A stretch of 64,000 bases of DNA from the NCBI RefSeq assembly GCF_009914755.1, contig NC_060932.1; one strand, 5' to 3'. This stretch comes from the human T2T-CHM13v2.0 reference genome, Homo sapiens. Positions 1 through 14,049 of the stretch are shown here, one piece after another. How positions within the stretch are numbered: the first letter of the stretch is position 1; each line of letters opens with the position of its first letter. A model generated the notes under the pieces. That model was given only the letters and a program-made list of their open reading frames with translations, had not been told where the DNA came from and did not search any database. The position numbers and the translations under genes were made by a program.

Positions 1-456
<456 letters not shown>

Positions 457-1322
457 TTATCCGTAAGATACCCAAATAGTACTTTTTGAAGATTTATATT
501 AAACATTAGCATACAAAATCCCATAGTGGTCCAGCTTTTAAAAAACAGCTTAACTTTGTTTAAACCAACCTAGAAATATGTTTAACCACAGGAATTGTTT
601 AATTGATTTAAAACCTATTTTTGTCCTACAGCTTCAGTGTTGCAAAACGCATCGGTTTGGGAAATGTCTTTAAAGGCAATTTCATTAAAGACAAATAATT
701 AGCTTTTACAAACATTACTTCAGAGAAAATTCTACTCATGCAAATGCTTAAGTAAAATCCACTATGCTGCCTGGAAACAGTAAAAATAACAGTCATGGAG
801 AACTAACTATGCATCAGGTATTTGCAAAATATATGCAAGCAACATCTTTTATATTTCCTTTACACACACTTGCTTTTTCCACTGCATACTCCACACAGCT
901 AAAATAATGACCTACAGATTAATTTGGTATTTTAACAACATTGTTTAAATTATTGTGATTATCTGTCCTTGAACAAAAAGGAATATTCTAGACTCCTTCC
1001 TCAGAATATCTTAATGTATCCTAAAAAAATACGATGCACCTCATAATTTATTTGCATTTCATTTTAATCAATTTTTTCATAAAATACAGTGTACTAGAAT
1101 TTTTTTCTAGGTTATTAGGTATTATGTCTCAGGTATTTTTTTGTTCATATATTAACAGCATAATGCATATGTAATATTACAGACTGAGTGATCCTTTCAG
1201 AAAGTATAATCATGGAGAGTACCATGCTTTCTAAATACAGTTATTATTGTTCTTTTCAAGCTGTAGCTTGAAAGCATTTCCAGCTTTATTTTTTTAGAAG
1301 GAATAATTCTTGCTCAATTGAG

Positions 1323-1630
1323 TTTCTTTTTTCTTTTTTTTTTTTGAGATGATGGAGCCTCACTTTGTTGCCCAGGCTGGAGTGCAGTGGTGGGACTTGG
1401 CTCACTGCAAGCTCTGCCTCCTGGGTTCAGGCCATTCTCCTGCCTCAGCCTCCCGAGTAGCTGGGACTACAGGTGTCTGCCACCACACCTGGCTAATTTT
1501 TTTTGTATGTTTAGCAGAGACAGGGTTTCACTGTGTTAGCCAGGATGGTCTCAATCTCTTGACCTTGTGATCCACCCACCTCCGCTTCCCAAAGTGCTGG
1601 GATTACAGGCGTGAGCCACCACACCCGGCC
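1323..1630 (-). mobile_element. Full-length Alu (AluY/Sc-like)
   Basis: Poly(T), both arms, ends CCCGGCC; TSD GAGTTTCTT on both sides (about 1320 and 1631). Confidence 0.95.
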
Positions 1631-2138
1631 GAGTTTCTTGAATTATATTTTCAACAGTTTCTATTCCAGAGTAAATAGCCTGAATACAGCTGTATTCAGA
1701 TAGTCCTTGAATATAGCTATACAATTCTGGATAGACCACTGAAGCAAATATTAGAAATGATAAGTAAATAAGCCTAAGTAAGTTGGGGAAGAAGACAAAA
1801 ATTTTTAGTAACAACAGCTGGTAGTGAGTTCGTCATATTTTTCCTCTGGTTCTCATGCTCCTGGCCCCAGAATAAAGAAAGGCCATATATTTTCACAGAG
1901 TGGAATAACTAAAGACCCACCTTTCTGGCCATATGATTGAAAAGGGGGCAGCAAGAAATCAGAAATTATCTTAGAGATCACTGAAAGAGAGGAGCTTGGA
2001 AAATAAATCCATTTGTTTAGTTTATTAGGTTATTTTTAAAAATAACTTTTGGGTTTAGCCATGAGGTGCATATTTGTGGATCTCATCCTAATCAGCACAC
2101 CAAATATTTTAAGTACTGTGCTAACAGATAAAAGAAAC

Positions 2139-2246
2139 AGCTGGGCACTATAGCTCACACATGTAACCCCAACACTTGGGGAGGCTAAGGTGGGTGGATT
2201 GCCTGAACTCAGGAGTTTGAGACCAGACCAGGGAACATGGTGAAAC
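2139..2246 (+). mobile_element. Alu left-arm fragment interrupted by LTR12
   Basis: GCTGGGCAC...TGTAACCCCAACACTTGGGGAGGCTAAGG...GGTGAAAC, then an abrupt switch to an LTR terminus. Confidence 0.85.
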
Positions 2247-2838
2247 TGTGTCTGGAATTGGTTCTTTCTAGTGGGTTCCTGGTCTTGCTGACTTCAAGTG
2301 AGTGTTACAGTTCTTAAAGATGGTGTGTCTGGAGTTTGTTCCTTCCAATGTTCAGATGTGTCCAGAGTTTCTTCCTTCCGGTGGGTTCGTGGTCTCACTT
2401 GACTTCAGGAGTGAAGCCACAGACCTTCGCGGTGAATGTTGCAGCTCTTAAAGGTGGCGCGTCCAGAGTTGTTTCTTCCTCCTGGTGGGTTCATGGTCTC
2501 GCTGGCTTCAGGAGTGAAGCTGCAGACCTTCGCCGTGAGTGTTACAGCTCATAAAGGTAGTAGGGAACCAAAGAGGGGGCAGCAGCAAGATTTATTGTGA
2601 AGAGCAAAAGAACAAAGCTTCCACAGCAGGGAAGGGGACGTGAGGTGGTTGCTGCTGCAGGCTCGGGTGGCCAGCTTTTATTCTTTTATTTGGCCCCACC
2701 CACATCCTGCTCATTGGTCCATTTTATAGAACGCTGATTGGTCCATTTTTACAGATTGTTCATTGGTGTGTTTACAAATCTTTAGCTAGACACAGAGCGC
2801 TGATTGGTGCATTTACAAACCTTTAGCTAGACAGAAAA
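2247..2838 (-). mobile_element. LTR12-family (HERV9) LTR, 5' end missing
   Basis: Begins with the reverse complement of the LTR12 3' end (TGTGTCTGGAATTGG); GGAGTGAAGCTGCAGACCTTCGC repeats; ATTGG (CCAAT) repeats 2712-2807. Confidence 0.92.
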
Positions 2839-3155
2839 GGCTACATGAGTAAGTTCTTTAGTGTTGATTTGTAAGATTTTGTTGCATCCATCACCCAAGC
2901 AGTATCCACTGCACCTTATTTGTAGGTTTTTATCCCTCATCCCATTCCCACCCTTCCCTCCAAGTCCCAAAAGTCCATTGTATCATTCTTATACCTCTGC
3001 ATTCTCATAGCTTAGCTCCCACATATCAGTGAGAACATACGATGTTTGGTTTTCCATTCCTGAGTTACTTCACTTAGAATAATAGACTTCAATGTCACCC
3101 AGGTCAGTGCAAATGCCATTAATTCATTCCTTTTTATGGCTGAGTAGTATTCCAT

Positions 3156-3199
<44 letters not shown>

Positions 3200-4046
3200 A
3201 CAGTTTCTTTATTCACTTGTTGATTAATGGGCATTTGTGTTGGTTCCATGATTTTGGAATTGTGAATTGTGCTGCTGTAAACATACATGTGCAAGTATCT
3301 TTTCCATATAACAATTTCTCTTCCTCTGGGTAGATATCCAGTAGTGGGATTGATGGATCAAATGGTAGTTCTACTTTTAGTTCTTTAAGGAATCTCCACA
3401 CTATTTAACCTAGTGGCTGTACTAGTTTACATTCCCACCAGCAGTGTAGAAGTGTTCCCTGATCACTGCATCCAGGCCAACATGTACTGTTTTCTTGATT
3501 TTTTTCATTATGGCCATTCTTGCAGGAGTAAGGTTGTATCACATTGTAGTTTTGATTTGCATTTCCCTGATCACTAGTGATGTTGAGCATTTTTTCATAT
3601 ATTTGTTGGCCACTTGTATATCTTCTTTTGAGAATTGTCTATGGATGTCCTTAGTCAACTTTTTGATAGAATTGTTTTTCTTCTTGTTAATTTGAGTACG
3701 TTGTGGATTCTGGATATTAGTCCTTGTCAGATGTATAGATTGTAAAGATTTTCTTCCACTATGTGAGTTGTCTGTTTACTCTGCTGTTCCTTTTGCAGTG
3801 CAAAACTTTTTAGTTTAATAAAGCCCCAGCTATTTATCTTGGTTTTTATTGCATTTTCTTTTGCAATAACTGACTTTTGGGTTCTTGGTCATGAAATCCT
3901 TGCTTAAGCTGGTGTCTATAACTGTTTTTCCAATGTTACCTTCTAGAGTTTTTATAGTTTCAGGTCTTAGATTTAAGTCCTTAATCCATCTTGAGTTGAT
4001 TTTTGTATATGGTGAGAGATGAGGATCCAGGTTCATTCTCCTGCAT
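2839..4046 (-). mobile_element. L1PB1-like 3' fragment (ORF2 C-terminus and 3' UTR)
   Basis: Minus-strand ORFs give L1 ORF2 peptides ([15 protein letters not shown]; [21 protein letters not shown]); L1PB-type 3' UTR CATAGCTTAGCTCCC. Confidence 0.92.
3157..3200. repeat. (CA)n microsatellite inside L1PB
   Basis: Directly visible ACACAC run. Confidence 0.95.
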
Positions 4047-4047
4047 G

Positions 4048-4480
4048 GGCAGGTAAAATGGGAAAGCTATTCTGAAAAACAGATAGTCAATTTCTCATTT
4101 AACTAAACATGCAACTCATAATAGCAAGGAATTCAATTCCTGGGCATTTATCTCAAATAAATGATGACTTCTGTTCACACAAATACATGTAATTTCCATA
4201 GCTGCTTTATTCATAATTGCCTCAAACCAGAAACAATTCTGATGTCTCTAAATCGGTTAATGGATCAACAAACTATGGCACATCTATACCATGGAATAGT
4301 CCTCAGCAATAAAAAGAAGCAACATCTGAGTAATTTCCAGGGAATTATGCTGAGTAAACAAAACAAAATCAAACACAAAAACAACACAAAACAAGACCTG
4401 AAGGTTACAAACTGCATAATCCCATTTATATGACACTCTTGAAATTATAAAATTACAGAAATGGGGAAAAAACTTGTAGT
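4048..4480 (+). mobile_element. Ancient L1M (MB/MC/MD-like) 3' region
   Basis: Degenerate CAATTCCTGGGCATTTAT...TGTTCACACAAA...TACCATGGAATA...GGAATTATGCTGAGT...CCATTTATATGAC motifs. Confidence 0.7.
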
Positions 4481-4489
4481 TTCCAGAAT

Positions 4490-5042
4490 ACATAGATTTG
4501 TCTGGAGACACAGAACTAATGGGATATATCTGTATCTCTCTTTATATCTTTATCTATCTATCTATCTATAGATTTATGTAACTATGTATCTACTGATCAA
4601 TCACTCAACTAATCAATCTGTGTATGTATGTATGTATGTATGTATGTATGTATGTATGTATCTAGCTAGCTAGAATTAGAAGAGAGTTTTATTTTGAAGA
4701 ATTGGCTCACACAGTTGTAAGGAATGCCGAGTCCAAAATCTGTAGGGCAAGCTGAACTGGCAAGCTGGAAACTCAGACAGAGGTGATTTTTCCACCTTGA
4801 GTTTAAAATTTGCAGTGCCAGACATTGGCTGAAAGCTCAGGCAGGATTTCTTATCCAGGAAACCTCAATTTTTGTTCTTAAGGTCTTCATTGATTTGATG
4901 AGGTCCACCCACATTATGGAGTGTAAGTTTTACTTGAAGTCACTAATTGTAAATGTTAACCATGTCTACAAAATACCTGCACAGCAACACATAGATTAGA
5001 GCTTGATTAAATTGCTGACACATAATAATACTAGCCATCACA
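4490..5042 (-). mobile_element. MLT2 (ERVL) LTR with internal (TATC)n/(TATG)n
   Basis: GAGACACAGAACTAATGGGATATAT...GAATTGGCTCACAC...ends CCATCACA (reverse complement of the TGTGATGG start). Confidence 0.8.
4621..4660. repeat. (TATG)n tetranucleotide repeat
   Basis: Directly visible. Confidence 0.95.
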
Positions 5043-6539
5043 CAGGAGTATGCTGCATGAGTTCTAACAAAAATTGCCCAAAAAATAGAGATCTAATGAT
5101 TTATATGCAATATTTTGACCTTAGTTAAAACCAATTAATTACACTTTATTTTAGGTGTAGAAACGAGAAGTACATTAACATTTGGAATTCAAACCCTGAT
5201 TATGGATTGTATGCCATTTTAAAGACTACCCGATATAAAGATATTTTCATAAGAGGCAAATATAACTAATACATATTGATATCCTGAGATTTGCCACAGA
5301 ACCATTTAAACTGCTGCAGGAAAATACACATTTTCCCGAAGGATCCTTTGAAGAGTTGCTTAAACTGTGAACTTGTTTAGTGCACTTAATATATAGTTTA
5401 ATTTGTAAAATTGAATAAAGATAAAAATATTAAAACCGAAAGTTTTATAAAATAGTCCTAGAGTCCTGGAGGTTAATTAAAGAGAGTTTCAGACCTTCAT
5501 AAAGCTGAACTTCAGAAGGTTTCCTGCTGTTAAGTAATAATAAACTAATTGTGACTTCCAAGTAGGAAACCACAGGGAAGACAGCACTTCCACAAGAAAT
5601 TTAAATCTGACATTAGAATACAGCTTCTTCTTATAGTTATTAGCCTTCATTCAGTTAACATTTTTCTCTTTTAAGACCGTCTGGAATCTATTGTGACATT
5701 GCACATAGATTTTGCTTTTTTTATTTGTACCCAGGGCTATTGCTATTTTACAATTAAGTTATATAGTTCAAAATCATTTTTACTAAACTATATGTGATAG
5801 AACAAATATTACATTAAGTATGGAGATCATGATCATTTTTACTATTGATTTTTAAGAATGATTTGAGAAATATTCTATCATATCACTCATGTAGGTACCA
5901 ATTTTTACATTTGGAAGTGATATATATTTATTTCCTGATGCTTTAATATGTTTTCAGGAATTTACATACTTTATTTTTATTTTGTCATCTCTCCTTCCTA
6001 ATAGCATCTATTCCATTACACGAGGTGGTTGTGGTTATTACTTTAAATATGTGGCACAGAACAAATACAATCCACTGAAACAGATTGTTCTCAACTTCAT
6101 TATTATTTACTGTTTTCAAAGTATTGGCTCACATAACATTTCATATACAATAATCTTATAATTTACATAAAGGCAAAAAAAGAAGAAGCACTAGTGAAAA
6201 ACATTGAAAAGTTAGTCTACCACTTATACTTTTCTTTTGTCTCATATACTGCTTCGTTAAAGTGAACAACTACTTTAAAAGAGAAGTTGCATGGATAATA
6301 CTTAGAGTTGTCTAAGCGCTAACTAAGTATCAGTCATAGTGACCATACAAATATATTTTGAAAGAACAGTAAAACAAGCTTGACTCTTAACTGCGAATCT
6401 GTTTTCATGTGGATTGTGGTATGTGAATAGAAATTTCACTGAAATTGAAGGATTGAAGGATTACCATTTATTTATTTATATTGATGCTGTTTACAACGGT
6501 CTCCAACATGTATCTTTATGACTTTTAAAGCTTCTAAAA

Positions 6540-6655
6540 CTTGGGCATGGTGGTGTGTACCTGTAGTCTTCACTACTCAGGAAGCTGAAATAAAAGGATC
6601 ATTTGAGGCCAGGGTTTGAGAGCAGCTTGGGCAACATAGCAAGATCCTGCTCTAA
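6540..6655 (+). mobile_element. Alu monomer (FLAM-like)
   Basis: Single arm GGGCATGGTGGTGTGTACCTGTAGTC...GGGCAACATAGCAAGATCCTG. Confidence 0.8.
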
Positions 6656-7937
6656 ATTTTTTTTTTTTTGGTAAGAAGCTTCAAAAACTTTCAAAAGTTT
6701 AAACTATTTTATATTACCTTTCAAAAGTATTTTGCTATTGACTGTGCAGCTTAAGAAATCTTCAAGTGAAAAATTGAAGCAAATTAAGATCCCTACAAAC
6801 TAATTTATTTAGCAAGAAATAGTAAAAGAACTGTTTGGCAGTATCTTTTTCTAATTTATGAATATATTCACAATCTGAAGTTCAAATAAAATTATTAAAA
6901 TATCTGAGGAAAAATGTTTATTCAAAAAATTTACTTAAGTTATAAATTAAAAATTTACTTGAAGTTTCTTAGCAGAGAGCTATCCAAATGAGACACAATC
7001 TCATTAACATACTTTCTGGAATATTGACTATGAATATGGACAAAATAATTACGTCTAAAATCTGCAGAAAGTTTTCATTTCTTAAGAAATGCCTCTACTT
7101 CTGTCAGTTACTAGCCTGTGTTATTAAACAAATGATGGGTATGCATTCCTGCATAAAAAACAAACTCATTCTTAAATTCCCTTCCACAGGAATCTGATTA
7201 TGTTATTAAGATAATACAGGTACTACCCTCACTACAAGAATAATGTGAAATTCTAAGATATAGGTAGAATAATATTTTAAGTGAAATAAAATGAATAAAT
7301 GCAACTTAACTGCAATAAATACAAAATAATTGCATACTTGAAATACTCCAAAACTCTTCTTCCAATGTAGAAAGAATGTATTCAATTACACATAATGTTT
7401 ATCTAAAATTAACTAATATTTTAAACAAACATATTTAAAAGGTTGGTATATATAAAAAGAGTTTAATATTCTCAACACAGAAAAATCAGTGAATGTAACC
7501 ATGATTTTAAAATTAGTGAAGAGAATGTCAGAGTGGCTACAGTTTAGAAATTAATTAATTACTACAAGATGAGGTAGATTGTTAGGCAAGAAGCAGTTAA
7601 TCTAGAACTTTATTAACTGGAAAAGCATTGGAGGGTTTATGATTTTATGTTTTGAAAGGATCATTTCCACTTTTCTGTAGAAAACAGACTATAGATTTTT
7701 GTATGTATGGGAAATAAATTATATAAAAAATAGAGTCAATCAATGTCATTGTGTGTGAGGACACCTAAATAAAGCATTGTTGTGTCGGACTTGCTATAAT
7801 CTCCTCTTCCCACTTCTGCTTTTCTAAAAATATCCAGCCTCATTTATATGCCTCAACTTTATGTAATAGGAGCTTAAATATTTTATAAGAAAATGGAAAT
7901 TAAATCACAAAATATGAAAAATATTGACAGGTGTACA

Positions 7938-8051
7938 TCTCAGTAAGAAGATATCTATATTATATATAGATATATTATATATAGATTATATATATAATAT
8001 AGATAGATAAAAGATATCTATCTTCTTACTGATACTATATTCTTACTGAGA
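7938..8051. repeat. AT-rich imperfect inverted repeat (fold-back)
   Basis: 7938-7949 is the reverse complement of 8040-8051; 7940-7953 of 8019-8032; 7952-7968 of 7989-8005. Confidence 0.9.
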
Positions 8052-8859
8052 GGAATGAAAAGGGCATTAAAAAATTCAAACAAATATCTTAGGTATTATT
8101 TTATATAGAGTTTGTAGAAGCTACAATAAATTAAAGATGACTAACAATTATAATAATGTTTATATATATTGATTGGCTTCTCGTCCTGAATTTAAGAGGA
8201 TTGTTTCTCACTTTAGCTGTTTTGCTTAAGTCAGTCTACAAACTGCCACTTCACTATAGTGGGCAATCTTATGTTTTCCGTAACACAGTAAGTGGCAAAT
8301 ACAAATAGCCATTGAAGATTTAATCCTAACAAGACTTTAAGGGAACTCATGGGGATTCTCCTTTTAATTGGTAATTGAATGGCAAACTGAAGTGTCTTGT
8401 TTAACAAAATGCACTAAGTTACCCTAGTCCACTGGTGAGAGACAAAACTTTATTTCACTGTTAGGAAAGCCTGATTTTGTTTCAATGGTTCAATATATTT
8501 CTCTTGTTTTAACTGTGAGAGAAAATTGACAATGTACTTTCTCAGGCAAAGCTGAAGAATCCATATTCTCTAAATTCAAACTTAAACTAACCAAGCCAAA
8601 GAATAAGTCATTTAGTAGGAATGAAACTCTGTTAGATAATGCAACATTCCTTCTCTGTTCATAATCTTCATTTCTCCTATTAGCATCCATTTCTCCCAGT
8701 AGCCAGCTAGAAAAAAACATAATTTCAGAACACTGTGTTTCTATAATTACAGCTCTCTGCTATACTTTTGTCACCCAAGTCAGGTCTTGGGAGATTCTAA
8801 GATCTTGTCTTCTCATCAGGTTCTACTTGCAGTGAGGGTATAGCTTGTATTTGTCAAAT

Positions 8860-9277
8860 GAATTAGTGCCTATTGCTGCTGTAACAAATTCTAACTAATT
8901 TATTAGATTAAAACAAAAATTTATTACCTTAGAATTCTGGAGGTGAGAAATCTAAAACCAAACTGTTAAAGGGGCTCAGTTCCTTCTAAAGGCTTCAGGA
9001 GAGAATCATTGCCTGGCTCATGGCCGATTCCTTCAACTGCAGCTTCTTGCTTCTATCCCCACATCTCCTACTATGGTTATTCTACTGCCTCCCTCTTACA
9101 AGGATTCTTGTGATTACATTGGGCCTCTACAGATAGCCTAGGACAATCTCACTACCTCAATATCTGCAATTTAATTACATCTACAAAGCTTCTTTTGCCA
9201 TGTAAAATAACATATTCACAAGCACCAGGGATTAAGACACGGACATCTTTGGGGCGGACATTAATCATTTTACCACA
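8860..9277 (-). mobile_element. MLT1C/D-like MaLR LTR
   Basis: ATTGCTGCTGTAACAAATT...TTCTGGAGG...GGGATTAAGACACGGACATCTTTGGGG...TACCACA. Confidence 0.8.
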
Positions 9278-9744
9278 CCAAATTAACTGAGATTTTTGTT
9301 CTCCTTCCTGGAATTCAGCTCAAACATCATACGGTGGTGGGCGATTGGAAGAATCTTTCTTAGGCATATACTCTCTTGGTTTATCTCCATGTGCCAACTC
9401 CGCCCTCTGATTATACAGATTCTTCCCTTGCCTGAGAACAAGTTAATCCTGCTCTTTTATTCTTTCAGGCATTATGCCTTAAACCCAGCATTTTAAATGT
9501 CCAGGGTAAGAATTGGTATCTTCATAGTTTTTAGCCTCATGTATTATATACCGTAAGAGCCAGTATGTGTAAAACACCATACTAATTTCCTCCATAACAG
9601 ATATTAGTATGAACTAATACTACATATAGAAAAATGTTACTATTGGTATACAGCAATGTTTACCTTGTATATCACATTTGTACATAGCAAGGGGAAGAAA
9701 GAAGAAATCCCTGCTTAAGGAATATACATACTGTATTTCAGAGA

Positions 9745-10130
9745 TGTATTAGTCCATTCTCACACTGCTATAAAGGACTACATGAGACTGGGTAATTTAT
9801 GAAGAAAATAGGCTTAATAGACTCACTGTTCCACAGGCTTTACTGAAACCATGACTAAGAGGCCACAAGAAACTTACAATCATGGCAGAAGGGTGAAGGG
9901 GATGCAAGCATCTCATCACATGGTGGCAGGAGAGAGAGAGCAAGCAGAGGGCGAAGTGCTACACACTTTTAAACAACCAGATATTGTGAGAACTCACCCA
10001 CTATCATGAGAACAGCAAAGGACAAATTCACCCCCATGATCCAATCACCTCCCACCAGGTCCCTCCTCCAACACTGGAAATTAGAACTGGATATGAGATT
10101 TGGATAGGGACACAGAGCCAAACTATATAA
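9745..10130 (-). mobile_element. MSTA-like MaLR solo LTR
   Basis: TGTATTAGTCCATTCTCACACTGCTATAAAG...GGGACACAGAGCCAAACTATAT; 5-bp TSD AGAGA/AGAGG. Confidence 0.9.
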
Positions 10131-12258
10131 AGAGGTATCACCTGCTGATATAAAATTGTGTGTGTCTCCTTTTGCAGTTATGAATCAGGTTAGAATAAAC
10201 ATCAAGGACATCTTTAAAAAGGAGAAATGCTAGAGGAAAAAAGGTAAAACATATAACTAGTGAAGAACTAAACATGATAATGTCTGAGAGAGAATTATAA
10301 CTGCTAAAACCCATAGCCATATTCCAGAATACTTTAATATTCCCCACTGTCTCAAGACATAATATTCTCCAGGCCAGCATTAGATAATAAGGGAGCAAAA
10401 TCTTGATGGTACAAAATGTCAGTTATAAAAGGACATATTGTACCAATGTAATTGAGTTTATACATAACTCTCTTCCACGGTATAATGCTATTCTCTTTGT
10501 TCCTAGAAATATGTGAAGTGTAAACAATCAATGGTTTGGCCAGTGTTTCAGCTAATCAGAGCCTTTTGGAGTAACCAGAGATCAATTTGGCTTTACTGCC
10601 CAGGAGATATTCTAAAATCTTTGGACCTGGAAAATCCGATGCTTTACGGAGAGCAAAAGTGAGCATCAGGCCTGTAATAAAGCCTTAAATAGAATGTCTA
10701 GAAGTATGTGAGCAAAATTGGTCTCACATTGATTAAAATATTTTACCAATAGAAAGGAATGTTTAACTGTAATAAAATTAAAAGCAATCATGCACACAAA
10801 CAAAATGTCATTTCAAATAAAAGTTTATATTAGGATTTATATAAGATGCATAAGTTTCTCTAAGTAGTAATTTAAAATAAGCCAAGCATGTGGAGACTTA
10901 TCAAAATACCTAGATAATGTATAGAATAATGAGGCTCTGAGTCCGTCTTCTCATTTCCTTCCTTCTTTAAAGAAATGGAAATTGTTCAGTGAGAGAAATA
11001 TGATTTCGAGGGCAGCCCACAACAGGGCATTTTGACAGTTCATTTTAAAAATAAAACATTGAAATGCTTTACATTCAAGATGCCAAAAGATCAGAAAGCT
11101 CCGGACACGAAAGATATGAAGCTATGACCTGGAAACACAACCAGGGCCAAAATAGACAAGGAGGGGAGGAGAGACAAAGTTGGCAAAAATGTAGTGGTGA
11201 TAATTTCAGATCACTTGAAACCCTGTGATGATGACCACACCTTTAATTAGTCTTTGCCATGAGATGGTATCCAACTGAGAAATTATACTGGCACGATGCT
11301 CAATTCATAATTCTTTTTTTGTGCTTAATAGAAATGTGAAGATATTTGGGGCCCTTGGAGCTCAAAACATTTTAAAAATCTATCCTTTACTTTGGTGCCT
11401 AGAATGAGATGTTTTTTCCCATCTGTGCCAGACTCTGAATTCCTTGATTTCCTGTGACATCTTTAATTTCTACTTGCAACAGCAAATTCTTTCTGAGCTT
11501 TTCTTCTTTTTTTCCTTTCTTTTTATCATGAAATGCCTTGACAACAGATACTAAAGCTCTGACCTTTGCTGAAATCTCAACTAGAGCTAAAAGTTTAGAA
11601 GACCAATAATCCACTTTCCAAGTTACTAAATATTACCAATTTGCCACCACATGTAACAAATCATTATGATTTAAGACTCTAAATTTTATTTTCTCTTTTT
11701 GTCATATGTATATAACTATCAAAACAACTATCATGTATTTACTTATTTATTATTATTATTGTTCGATTTCAAAAGAACTTCAGCAGTGCCCAATTTCTAT
11801 TGCAAGTTCTATATTAGCCTAGAGGAAAAAAATTGCTTTATGAATAAAAAACAAAAGCAAAAACAGATATTTCGCTGGCTTAGCTCATTAAATGTTTATC
11901 ACTTGCTAATGGTCAATTTTGTATGAACCATTGGTCCTCCTTTTTACTTTATCTGTACCATGTGGTCTCCAAAGTCACCGAGACCTAGAAAGGTGAGAGA
12001 AGGAAGAGGTTCTTTAGTTCCTGTAAGACTCAGCTATGAAATAATGCTGATGTTTCTATTCCTATTTCATTGGTCATACATCAAACCACCAGCAAGGGAG
12101 TCTGTGACATGTCAAGAAGCAAATGAATATTTGGAGAGTACTAACAGTCTCTGCCACACTAAAACCTGTTCAATACAGTTGTTATATAGAACATGGCATG
12201 CAATAGATATTTAGTAGGAACCCTAAAAATAAAGAATGCAGGCCTCTCTCTGGAATAA

Positions 12259-12902
12259 TGAAGCAGCGTCATTGTCTGGGGTAAATACCCGGGGTTCATC
12301 ATCTGGCACCAAGGAGATTAAGGACACAGACACACACTAGGAGTGAGTTTAGGAGCAGAGGTTTATTAAGCAAAAGAAAGAGAAAGGAGCTCTTACAAGC
12401 TCTCTCCCTTGCAAGAGAGAGGGGCTCCCCAGAGAGAAAAGCCAGCCCGTGGCCGACTGCGCCAGATATTATAGGTAGGTTTGAGGAGGCGGTCTGATGG
12501 ACGTAGGGCCAGCAAATTGGCTGACTAGGTGTGACATTTACATAGCGTGGGGAAGGCTGGTCTCCCACCCTAACCTTATTATGAAAACAGAGTATTTGCG
12601 TGTCCAGCGCCATATTGTCCTCTCCTTCCTCTACATGTGGATTGGCAAAGGGAAGGGAAGATGGAGTTGCCATTTTGAACATGCCTAGTCCCAGGCAGCC
12701 TTTTCCTATTGGCACAGCTGCTGGCATTCACCTGTGCAAGCTTCCTGTTTGCTTGCCTATGTCTGCAGCTGCATTTTACAAGCTTCTCTTTGTTAGAAAA
12801 GAAAATGATTTGGGGACTGCTTTTCATAAAAAGGAAAACCTTTCCAAGGACTCCTGTACCCTCACTATCTGCCTAAATTATTTCTTCTCATCTCCTATAT
12901 CA
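12259..12902 (-). mobile_element. ERV1 solo LTR, LTR9/MER61-like
   Basis: TG...CA termini, 4-bp TSD ATAA/GTAA, minus-strand AATAAA near 12362; minus-strand start TGATATAGGAG...AAATAATTTAGGCAGATAGTGAGGG recalls LTR9. Confidence 0.8.
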
Positions 12903-13069
12903 GTAATAAACAGTGTTTTTTTTATTTGAAAGTGGAGTTAACATTCTGCAATCCCTTTCCCAAATATAAAAGATTCAGAACCCTGTTCTCAAAGTGCATT
13001 ATTAAGAGCTATCAATTGGATCACTTTAAAAAATTATTTTTGAGAACTACAAATAGTATGACCTTTTCT

Positions 13070-13305
13070 AGTTGCTTATGATATAGAGGTAAACAACAAA
13101 GAAAAAAGCTCCTGTCCTCATGTAGCTTACTTTGTAGAAGCATGAGATAGAAAAATAAATTGAAACATTTAGATATTGGTAAGTGCTTGAGTGGTAAGTG
13201 GGGTGAGAGTTAGTGGGTGACTTGAGGAAAGGGGTTTGAATTTAGAACAGAATTGTCAGAAAGTGTCTGTGAAAAGTTGACATTTGAACGAAGACATGAA
13301 AGTGT
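13070..13305 (-). mobile_element. L2 fragment
   Basis: CCTGTCCTCATGTAGCTTAC...GTTGACATTTGAACGAAGACATGAA, typical L2 3' motifs. Confidence 0.55.
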
Positions 13306-14049
13306 CAAATTACCATTGCCTTGGCCAAAAACAAAACAAAACAAAACAAAAAACTCATGCTTACATTACTAAAAACATGATGAGAATTTTTATATTTGGG
13401 CTTGGTGAAATTAATAGCATTATCTATTATTTTTGAGTGCACAGTATGCTAGAGCCTACATCTATGCATACTGGATTTCTGTGTCTTTAAAGGTTGTTTT
13501 CAGAGAGAAATCTTAATGAGATTATTTGTGTGTGGCTGACCTTAGAAATTATACTTGGTAAAATATGAAATTGAGTATCAGACATCTGTCTTTTTAGAGA
13601 TCCCTCCCTGATCCTCTTCTTCAATCTTTTTCCATGTCTTTAGGCCCCTCAACCAGTCTCTCTTCCCTGTTAACATTCTCCTACAATTTCTTTTTCTTTT
13701 TCCTAAAACTATTGGTCAGAATTTTGGCTATCTCCTAAAGAAGACTTATTTCATCATTAGAAACACCACTTTCTATCACTTTCAACATCATTCTCTTCTT
13801 CATTTTCATCTTATTCCTCTGGCAAAACTCTGGCTGTGTTTACATAGAATTATCCATTCCTCTGAACCTGAACTTGAACACCTGAATCAGTTGAAGAAAA
13901 TGCATACTCTGAAGGTTGCTCTCCTGCTGAATTCAAAATTCCTAAGTCAATTTGATTGTTACGCTCTCTAGAAACTATTATATTTTCCCACCTCTTTTCT
14001 CTTTCCTCAGAACATTTTTTCTGTGTACTTATTGCTGAGAAAATTGAGC

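Noticed and set aside
12299-12929. 142-aa and 109-aa ORFs
   Set aside because: Contained in an LTR9-like solo LTR; no retroviral protein motifs.
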